Source of the DNA: a virus | Taxonomy: Duplodnaviria > Caudoviricetes | Virus record (IMG/VR): IMGVR_UViG_3300012347_000020 | Span: 1-36,040 of that record | Strand: one strand, 5' to 3' | Length of the DNA: 36,040 bases | Shown: positions 1-7,027 of the stretch, piece after piece | Layout: each line of letters starts with the position of its first letter | How positions within the stretch are numbered: position 1 is the stretch's first letter | Translations under genes and position numbers: made by a program | Notes under the pieces: model-generated | Told to the model about the DNA's origin: nothing | Database searches by the model: none | What the model saw: the letters and a program-made list of their open reading frames with translations, nothing else

Positions 1-269
1 GCGTCATACAGACTGAGCATGTAGGCGGTCATCAAGCAAGCCAGCGCAGGGGCGGAAACATGGCCGCATGAGAACACGTCACGGACACCGCCCGATTCGT
101 TGACCATACGGTGCAGGCAGTAGCCGCCATAAGCGCCGGAAATGTGGTAGTTGCCCACGTTGGCAGTCCATTTGCCGTCAACCGTGCGAGATGACTCAAC
201 GGGTGATCGGGTCAAGCTGTTGATGGTGGCGGCTTTAGCGTCGAGGTGAGCGCGGGTAATCTGTTTCAT
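1..269 (-). CDS. hypothetical phage protein, partial (runs off left edge)
   Basis: Read by hand, not in ORF track: ATG at 269, open to position 1 (MKQITRAHLDAKAATINSLTRSPVESSRTVDGKWTANVGNYHISGAYGGY...), GAAAG-containing leader. Confidence 0.75.
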   Translation of the reverse strand, partial: MKQITRAHLDAKAATINSLTRSPVESSRTVDGKWTANVGNYHISGAYGGYCLHRMVNESGGVRDVFSCGHVSAPALACLMTAYMLSLYD

Positions 270-317
270 GGTTTGCTTTCAAGGTTACGGGTTACACGGT
301 GGGCGAGATGCTCACCC

Positions 318-337
318 CAAAGCCCCGGGAGGCTTTG
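318..337. other. intergenic hairpin (terminator or processing site)
   Basis: CAAAGCC-ccggga-GGCTTTG inverted repeat between two small leftward genes; no long U tract. Confidence 0.35.
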
Positions 338-347
338 AGCTGGGTTA

Positions 348-431
348 TCACATGAACAGGGCATCAAGCCCATGAAGAACGAGGGCGCACAGCGCAAGGC
401 CGATACCTACGGCAAAGATAAATTGTTTCAT
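348..431 (-). CDS. 27-aa hydrophobic membrane peptide
   Basis: MKQFIFAVGIGLALCALVLHGLDALFM*, SD-like AAGGGGTG upstream, directly follows the 443-607 ORF. Confidence 0.55.
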   Translation of the reverse strand: MKQFIFAVGIGLALCALVLHGLDALFM

Positions 432-442
432 GCCATCACCCC

Positions 443-607
443 TTAGATCAAAGACAAACGTTGCGCGTCGATGTTGAGTGCAATCAGCGCTGCGGCAAGG
501 TCGGACACCTTGACGCCACAGTAGTGGGCAGCATCGGTGCAGGCGTCAACGGGGCGGGTTTGTTGGTTTGTACGAATCCATTGGTATTTGGCAATTGCTT
601 CTGTCAT
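443..607 (-). CDS. 54-aa hypothetical early protein
   Basis: MTEAIAKYQWIRTNQQTRPVDACTDAAHYCGVKVSDLAAALIALNIDAQRLSLI*; leader nearly identical to that of the ORF starting at 269. Confidence 0.65.
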   Translation of the reverse strand: MTEAIAKYQWIRTNQQTRPVDACTDAAHYCGVKVSDLAAALIALNIDAQRLSLI

Positions 608-661
608 GGTTTGCTTTCAGTGGTTACGGGTTACAAAGCTGCTTTGTGGTGCAGTGACGCA

Positions 662-691
662 ATCATAACATATAAAAACCCAATGGGTCTA
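662..691 (-). promoter_or_regulatory. sigma70-like leftward promoter overlapped by a CCCATTGGG motif
   Basis: Minus strand TAGACC-18 nt-TATGAT with TG extended -10, about 55 nt upstream of ATG 607. Confidence 0.55.
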
Positions 692-862
692 TGTTTATTT
701 GTCCCAATGGGTTTTATGTTTCAGTGTGTCAGTTGTGACTTGTAGAGAGGGGTAGTGATTTAAGGATTGCTTAAAAAATGTGCAAATCAGAAAGTAGTGA
801 TTTTGAAGCCTCGCTCGGGCGAAGACACCAATGTACCACCCGCACCCTTTTTCCCGGTTTCG

Positions 863-1009
863 CTGACCCATTGGGCTAATTTGACCCATTGGGACAACTC
901 CTCATTTGACCCATTGGGACACGTAAACCCATTGGGATTTACTGACCCATTGGGCTAATTTGACCCATTGGGACACGTAAAACCCATTGGGATTCACTGA
1001 CCCATTGGG
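863..1009 (+). repeat. tandem array of 8 CCCATTGGG motifs, about 18-bp period
   Basis: Copies start at 867, 885, 910, 928, 946, 964, 983, 1001; inverted copies at 679 and 703; variant CCCAGTGGG at 1175. Confidence 0.95.
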
Positions 1010-1229
1010 GCATGAAACATCACCAGTGCTCCCAGGTAGCGCGGCACCAGTGCTCACTGTCCCGGTGCCCGGTGTCACCTGAGTCCGAGGGGGAGGGGGT
1101 GGGGCCGACGAGGCGAGGGTCACGGTAACGTAGGTATCAGACAAAATTTTTCAAATTTTTCAGTGACACCTAGACCCAGTGGGTTCCCATAGGTTCACTT
1201 AATCTCAGTCCCACAAAACCACCCCCAAG

Positions 1230-1238
1230 TGATAGACT
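1230..1238 (+). promoter_or_regulatory. possible extended -10 promoter for terS
   Basis: TGaTAGACT 10 nt before ATG 1249; no obvious SD. Confidence 0.3.
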
Positions 1239-1248
1239 CAGTACCACT

Positions 1249-1782
1249 ATGGACACATCACATCCCCAATCCGTAGGCGCAGATGACACACTGCTACCAG
1301 ACTGGCTGGAACCCGCGCCTCCCAAACCATCGCCTGAGGGCAAAGCACTCGTACTTGTTCAGTATGAGCAGGTGTTCATGCGTGCCATCGACTCGATTGC
1401 TCACGGCAAGTCGCTGTCCCAAGTGCTGCGGGATGACCAGCGTGAGATCGACTACAACGACTTTTACCGGTGGATCAAGAAAGACCCCACTCGCAGGCAA
1501 CTGTTTGACGAAGCCCAAGAGATGCGCACCGAGTTCATGGCCGGAGAGATCATCGAGATTGCCGATGCCGATGACTCGTTGGAGGATGTGAACCGGTCAC
1601 GGCTCAAGATCGACACTCGCAAGTGGCTCATGGGAGCCCACAATCGGAAAAAGTACGGAGCCACTACCAGCATTGAGATGACCGGTGGGATCAGCATCAC
1701 GGGAGCGTTGGCAGCGGCCCAGGCCCGGGTGATTGACTTGGGTGATGTGATTGATGTGACCCCCAGATTGGACAACACCTGA
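1249..1782 (+). CDS. terS: terminase small subunit
   Basis: HTH-like IAHGKSLSQV...FYRWI, RLKIDTRKW..G....KKYG motif; overlaps terL start. Confidence 0.85.
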   Translation: MDTSHPQSVGADDTLLPDWLEPAPPKPSPEGKALVLVQYEQVFMRAIDSIAHGKSLSQVLRDDQREIDYNDFYRWIKKDPTRRQLFDEAQEMRTEFMAGEIIEIADADDSLEDVNRSRLKIDTRKWLMGAHNRKKYGATTSIEMTGGISITGALAAAQARVIDLGDVIDVTPRLDNT

Positions 1783-3314
1783 TGCAGAAACCCATTTACT
1801 CCCCTGACGAGGAGCAGACCCTGATGACTCAGTTGTGGAGTCCGCAGGTCGCTGACAACCCTGAGACGTTTGTCCTGTTTGCGTTCCCTTGGGGGCAGAA
1901 GAACACCCCACTCGAACACTTCAAGGGTCCACGGGCGTGGCAGCGGCGCACGCTGCGCTCTATAGCGGAGCACATCAAGGCCAACCGGGGCAAGGTAGAC
2001 ATGGACGCCCTGCGGCGCTCTGTCTCATCGGGCCGGGGGATCGGGAAGTCGGCTCTGGTGAGCTGGCTGATCCTGTGGATGCTGACCACTCGGATAGGGT
2101 CAAGCGTGATTGTGTCGGCCAACAGCGAGAACCAGTTGAGAACGGTCACATGGGGTGAGTTGACCAAGTGGGCCACCATGAGCATCAACTCGCACTGGTG
2201 GGAGCCATCGGCCACGAAGCTGGTGCCTGCTGCGTGGCTGACTGACCTGGTTGAGCGGGACTTGAAGAAAGGCACCCGGTACTGGGCTGCCGAGGGCAAG
2301 CTGTGGAGCGAGGAGAACCCCGACTCGTATGCCGGTGTGCACAACCATGACGGGATGATGGTGATCTTTGACGAGGCCAGCGGCATCCCGGATGGGATTT
2401 GGTCAGTGGCCTCGGGGTTTTTTACCGAAAAGATTCTGGACAGGTATTGGTTCGCGTTCTCCAACCCTCGGCGCAACACGGGGTACTTCTTCGAGACGTT
2501 CCACGGCAAGCGGGACTTCTGGGACGGGGAAATCATTGACGCCAGGACAGTTGAGGGTACGGACAAAGCGGTCTATGACCAGATCATCGCTGAGTACGGG
2601 GAAGACTCCATACAAGCACGGGTCGAGGTGTACGGTGAGTTCCCGGCTGCTGGTGAAGACCAGTTCATATCGCCCGTGGTGGTGGAGGATGCGTTCAAAC
2701 GGGAGCGTTGGAAAGACATGAGCGCACCCATCGTGATCGGCGTAGACCCTGCCCGGGGCGGCATGGACAGCACCGTGATCCTCGTGCGCCAAGGGCGTGA
2801 CGTGATCTCGATCAGACGGCTCAAGGGTGAGGACACCATGAGTGTCGTGGGGCACGTTATCGACGCCATTGAGGAGTTCAAGCCTGTGCTCACGGTGATT
2901 GACGAGGGCGGTCTGGGCTACGGCATCCTTGACCGGCTCACGGAGCAGCGGTACAAAGTGCGCGGGGTGAACTTCGGGTGGAAAGCCAAGAACCCGATCA
3001 TGTGGGGCAACAAGCGTGCCGAGATGTGGGGTGCCATGCGCGACTGGCTCAAGACAGCATCGCTGCCGATGGACCGCGCGCTCAAGAACGACTTGGTGGG
3101 TCCAATGAAGAAGCCCAACTCGGCCGGCACCATCTTCTTGGAGGGGAAGAAGGAGATGAAGTCCCGAGGGCTGGCCTCTCCAGACGCTGCCGATGCGCTG
3201 GCCGTGACCTTTGCGTTTCCCGTGGCAAGCCGTGCGGAGTATAATTCTCGTAACACAACGCGCACGATCAGCAGAGATCGGGGTGCGGTATCAACCGGAT
3301 GGATGGGGTCATGA
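1782..3314 (+). CDS. terL: terminase large subunit
   Basis: Walker A SGRGIGKS, Walker B IFDEASG, SNP motif, RNase H-like GVDPARGGMD and C-terminal SPDAADAL. Confidence 0.95.
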   Translation: MQKPIYSPDEEQTLMTQLWSPQVADNPETFVLFAFPWGQKNTPLEHFKGPRAWQRRTLRSIAEHIKANRGKVDMDALRRSVSSGRGIGKSALVSWLILWMLTTRIGSSVIVSANSENQLRTVTWGELTKWATMSINSHWWEPSATKLVPAAWLTDLVERDLKKGTRYWAAEGKLWSEENPDSYAGVHNHDGMMVIFDEASGIPDGIWSVASGFFTEKILDRYWFAFSNPRRNTGYFFETFHGKRDFWDGEIIDARTVEGTDKAVYDQIIAEYGEDSIQARVEVYGEFPAAGEDQFISPVVVEDAFKRERWKDMSAPIVIGVDPARGGMDSTVILVRQGRDVISIRRLKGEDTMSVVGHVIDAIEEFKPVLTVIDEGGLGYGILDRLTEQRYKVRGVNFGWKAKNPIMWGNKRAEMWGAMRDWLKTASLPMDRALKNDLVGPMKKPNSAGTIFLEGKKEMKSRGLASPDAADALAVTFAFPVASRAEYNSRNTTRTISRDRGAVSTGWMGS

Positions 3315-3553
3315 CACTCAAAGCGATGCAAAACTGCCTCATCATCGAGGTGGATGTCGAAAAACACCCTCTTTTTGAGATACTTTCGACAGAAAAGCAA
3401 GAAACTGGCATAGTCGTGTCTGCTGGCCCTGACTGCAAGGAATTGAAAGTCGGGGACCATCTTTATTTTGGCGTGGGGCAGGAATTCAAGCACGGTGGCA
3501 AAGAATATGTCGTCATGCGCGAGCCCCATGTATTAGGAGTCCTTAATGGCTGA
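3311..3553 (+). CDS. groES: GroES/Cpn10-like co-chaperonin
   Basis: TGIVVSAGP..ELKVGDHLYF...GKEYVVMREPHVLGVL matches the GroES pattern; ATGA overlap with terL stop. Confidence 0.8.
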   Translation: MTLKAMQNCLIIEVDVEKHPLFEILSTEKQETGIVVSAGPDCKELKVGDHLYFGVGQEFKHGGKEYVVMREPHVLGVLNG

Positions 3554-5744
3554 TCAAACCGGCATCACTGCCGCAGGGTATGTCGCCCAAGGTGGCAAGC
3601 CTGACAAGAGCAACTCGGGCATCTTGGCGCAAGCGCGGTCCCGTCTTGACCTCGCCATGTCGGCACTGTCCGAGTCGCGTGAAGATGAGATCGACGACCT
3701 GAAGTTTTACGCCGGAAGTCCGGACAACCACTGGCAATGGCCCGCCGATGTGCTGGCAACCCGTGGCGCGGTGCAGGGTCAGACGATCAACGCCCGCCCT
3801 TGCCTCACAATCAACAAGCTGCCGCAGCACGTTCGCCAAGTTACCAACGACCAGCGGCAAAACCGCCCTGGTGCCAAAGTGATCCCCGTGGACGACAAGG
3901 CTGATGTGGACGTGGCCGAAGTGTTCAACGGCATGATTCGCCACATCGAGTACATCTCGGACGCCGATGTCGCCTATGACACCGCTTGCGAAAACCAAGT
4001 GGCTTACGGCGAGGGTTACCTGCGCCTGCTGACCGAATACTGCGACGACAACACGTTCGATCAAGACATCAAGATTGGCCGGGTGCGCAACAGCTTCTCG
4101 GTCTACATGGACCCCACGATCCAAGACCCAACGGGTGCAGATGCCAAGTGGTGCTTCATCACGGAAGACGTGACCAAAGAAGACTATGAGCGCATGTACC
4201 CCGATGCAGCGCCCATTACGACCCTTCAGTCGTTGGGCGTGGGTGATCAGTCGATCAGTAACTGGCTCAATGAAGACACTATCCGCATCGCGGACTACTA
4301 CTACATTGACTACGACCGCACCACGCTGAACCTGTACCCTGGCAACGCCACGGCGTTTGACGGCACACCGGAAGATAAACAACTTCGGGCGGTCTACGGC
4401 AAGCCCAAGCGGTCCCGTGAGTCAGATCGTCCACGGGTCAAGTACTGCAAGATCAACGGCTACGAGATTCTTGAAGAACGCGAGTGGGCAGGCAAGTGGA
4501 TTCCCGTGATTCGGATTGTCGGCAACGAGTTTGAGGTGGATGGCCGCCTGTACGTGTCGGGCTTGGTGCGCAACGCCAAGGATGCCCAGCGTATGTACAA
4601 CTACTGGGTGTCGCAAGAAGCTGAGATGCTGGCGCTGGCCCCCAAGGCACCGTTCATCGGGTACGGTGGTCAGTTTGAGGGCTACGAGGAAAAGTGGAAG
4701 ACGGCCAACACGCAAAATTGGCCCTACCTTGAGGTCAACCCTGACGTCACAGACGGTCAAGGTGCCGTGCTGCCCCTGCCGCAGCGGGCACAGCCGCCGA
4801 TGGCGTCTTCGGGTCTCTTGCAAGCCAAAGCGGGTGCTGCCGAGGACATCAAGGCCACGACAGGTCAGTACAACGCATCGTTGGGTATGGGCTCCAACGA
4901 ACGCTCGGGCAAAGCCATTCTGGCCCGCCAGCGTGAAGGTGACGTGGGTACTTATCACTACGGCGACAACTTGGCGCGAGGTGTGCGGCACATTGCCCGT
5001 CAACTGATCGACCTGATCCCCAAGATTTACGACACGCAGCGCATCGCCAGGATCATTGGCGAGGATGGCGAGACCAAGATGGTCAAGATCAATCCCGAGC
5101 AGCCCGATCCGGTCAACAAGATCATGGACGATCAGGGCATCGTGATTGAGAAAATCTACAACCCCGGTGTCGGCAAGTACGATGTTGTGGCTGTCACGGG
5201 TCCAGGCTACGCTACCAAGCGCCAAGAAGCGTTGGAGGCCATGGCTCAACTGCTTCAGGGTAATCCCCAGTTGTGGCAGGTTGCCGGTGACCTGTTCGTC
5301 AAGAACATGGACTGGCCCGGTGCTCAAGAGATGTCCAAGCGGTTTGCCAAGACCATTGACCCCAAGATCATGGCAGACAATGACAAGTCGCCAGAGTTGC
5401 AGGCAGCCGAGCAGCAGATTCAGGCGATGGGTGCCGAGATGGAGCAGATGCACCAGATGATCCAAAACGTGGGCAAGTCCATTGAGGTGCAAGAACAGCG
5501 CCGCAAGGACTACGAGGCCGAGATCAAGGCGTATCAAGCCGAGACTCAGCGCATCACGGCCACACAGGCCGGGATGAACGAGCAGCAGATTCAGGACATC
5601 GCTATGGGCGTGGTGGCTGCGGCAATGGAGTCCAACAGCCAGTTGAACGGCATCCCTGAGATGCCCGGCCAAGAGATGGATGTGGGCATGGAGGGTATGC
5701 CCGAGATGCCGCAACCCATGCAACCAATGGAGATGCCACAATGA
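3546..5744 (+). CDS. P22-like portal protein
   Basis: 732 aa after terminase; RPCLTINKL, SGKAILARQ motifs, Q-rich helical C-terminus as in the P22 portal barrel. Confidence 0.92.
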   Translation: MADQTGITAAGYVAQGGKPDKSNSGILAQARSRLDLAMSALSESREDEIDDLKFYAGSPDNHWQWPADVLATRGAVQGQTINARPCLTINKLPQHVRQVTNDQRQNRPGAKVIPVDDKADVDVAEVFNGMIRHIEYISDADVAYDTACENQVAYGEGYLRLLTEYCDDNTFDQDIKIGRVRNSFSVYMDPTIQDPTGADAKWCFITEDVTKEDYERMYPDAAPITTLQSLGVGDQSISNWLNEDTIRIADYYYIDYDRTTLNLYPGNATAFDGTPEDKQLRAVYGKPKRSRESDRPRVKYCKINGYEILEEREWAGKWIPVIRIVGNEFEVDGRLYVSGLVRNAKDAQRMYNYWVSQEAEMLALAPKAPFIGYGGQFEGYEEKWKTANTQNWPYLEVNPDVTDGQGAVLPLPQRAQPPMASSGLLQAKAGAAEDIKATTGQYNASLGMGSNERSGKAILARQREGDVGTYHYGDNLARGVRHIARQLIDLIPKIYDTQRIARIIGEDGETKMVKINPEQPDPVNKIMDDQGIVIEKIYNPGVGKYDVVAVTGPGYATKRQEALEAMAQLLQGNPQLWQVAGDLFVKNMDWPGAQEMSKRFAKTIDPKIMADNDKSPELQAAEQQIQAMGAEMEQMHQMIQNVGKSIEVQEQRRKDYEAEIKAYQAETQRITATQAGMNEQQIQDIAMGVVAAAMESNSQLNGIPEMPGQEMDVGMEGMPEMPQPMQPMEMPQ

Positions 5745-6103
5745 ACGCATCACAATTCGTGGGCCACTTGTTCCTGAGCCGGGACGTGGCGCACAGCGTG
5801 CACCTGAACACCCGCAGCTTCTCCAAACACATGGCGCTGAACACGTTTTACGACGAGATCATTGACTTGGCCGACAAGTTTGCTGAGGCGTACCAAGGGC
5901 GGCACGGACTGATCGGGCCGATTGCCGTACCCGCTGCCAAAAAGACCACCAACATCACTGAGTTCTTGCAAGCCGCTATGACCGAGGTGGAAGAAGCCCG
6001 GTACACGGTCTGCGAGAAAACCGACACCCCGATTCAGAACATCATTGATGAAATCGTTGGGTTGTATTTGTCAACTTTATACCGATTGAAGTTCTTGGCA
6101 TGA
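5741..6103 (+). CDS. ferritin/Dps-like four-helix protein (DUF5856-like)
   Basis: H..HLNTRSFSKH.AL..FY....DLAD.FAE pattern resembles Dps helices. Confidence 0.6.
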   Translation: MNASQFVGHLFLSRDVAHSVHLNTRSFSKHMALNTFYDEIIDLADKFAEAYQGRHGLIGPIAVPAAKKTTNITEFLQAAMTEVEEARYTVCEKTDTPIQNIIDEIVGLYLSTLYRLKFLA

Positions 6104-6696
6104 AAAGAGCTGACGCAATAAGCCAAGGCTTAAAGTTTTACAACACAGGCAAACCGTGCAAATATGGTCATTTTTCAGACCGTTATGTTGCTGGGCAATG
6201 CGTTGAATGCGTAAAACTAAGCTCATTGGCTTGGCGAAAAGCAAACCCTGAAAAGCATTCAGCTTCTATGCGAAAATGGATAGAAGGCAACAGGGAGCTT
6301 CACGGCACCCGTGTCAGACGATGGCAAGCTGCTAATAAAGACAAGGTTCGTGAAGACGCAAAACTATGGGTTAAAGCTAACCCTGAAAAAGTTAAAGCCA
6401 AGCGCCTCCGACACATTCAAAAACACCCCGCTGCGTACACTGCTCGGTCTGTTGCAAGCGTTGCCAGACGGGCTAAACGTGTGCCACAATGGCTTACTTC
6501 AGATGATAAGTGGATGATGCGTGAGGCGTACAAGTTAGCTAAACTTCGTACTCAAATGTTTGGTTTCATTTGGGAAGTTGACCACATCATTCCTTTGCGC
6601 GGTGAATTTGTTTCAGGGTTGCATGTTCCTACAAATTTGCAAGTCATTCCGAAATCAGAAAACCGCAATAAGCGAAATCATTACACTCTCGCATAA
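6100..6696 (+). CDS. free-standing HNH homing endonuclease
   Basis: YNTGKPCKYGH..RY....CVEC N-terminus; VDHIIPL..GLHVPTNLQVI....N..K HNH core; AT-richer than flanks. Confidence 0.9.
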   Translation: MKRADAISQGLKFYNTGKPCKYGHFSDRYVAGQCVECVKLSSLAWRKANPEKHSASMRKWIEGNRELHGTRVRRWQAANKDKVREDAKLWVKANPEKVKAKRLRHIQKHPAAYTARSVASVARRAKRVPQWLTSDDKWMMREAYKLAKLRTQMFGFIWEVDHIIPLRGEFVSGLHVPTNLQVIPKSENRNKRNHYTLA

Positions 6697-6706
6697 GGAG
6701 AATATT

Positions 6707-7009
6707 TTGGAATTCTTAAATCCTCTGGCAGATGCCAATTTTCCTGCCCGCACTGTGGCTTTTACAGGTACCGCTGGCTCTACGGGCACATGGCCTGCTG
6801 GTCCACAAGGTGTGGTGATTTGGGCCGATCAGGCTTGCTATGTGATTGTGGGTGAGGGTGTCACGGCTACCACTTCAGCCACACCAATTCCCCCGTTCAC
6901 CCCGATTCCGTTCAAGGTGCCTCAAGGTGGTGGCGGCACATGGCGCGTGAGCGCAATTCAGATATCCGCTGGCGGCAACTTGTACGCCAAGCCGATCAAC
7001 ATTCAGTAA
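6707..7009 (+). CDS. small beta-rich putative virion protein (TTG start)
   Basis: AAGGAG SD then TTG at 6707, in frame with track ORF 6560..7009. Confidence 0.7.
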   Translation: MEFLNPLADANFPARTVAFTGTAGSTGTWPAGPQGVVIWADQACYVIVGEGVTATTSATPIPPFTPIPFKVPQGGGGTWRVSAIQISAGGNLYAKPINIQ

Positions 7010-7027
7010 TCCACCGAAGGGGCGGGC

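Noticed and set aside
863-1009. CRISPR mini-array or TIGR-like guide array (9-nt constant plus about 9-nt variable, TG...CCA motif)
   Set aside because: Linkers are themselves repeated (CTAATTTGA, ACACGTAAA, ATT.ACTGA), so this is a higher-order tandem repeat, not unique spacers; no Cas effector or Nop-domain gene in the window
461-1144. Track ORFs 461-745, 695-889, 767-958, 902-1144
   Set aside because: Translations of repeat DNA or antisense to better-supported small genes; no SD or recognisable protein motifs
4422-5753. 443-aa antisense ORF (also 3543-4382, 10942-11721, 31358-32548, 32470-33276)
   Set aside because: Shadow frames of real genes with biased codon usage; no recognisable motifs
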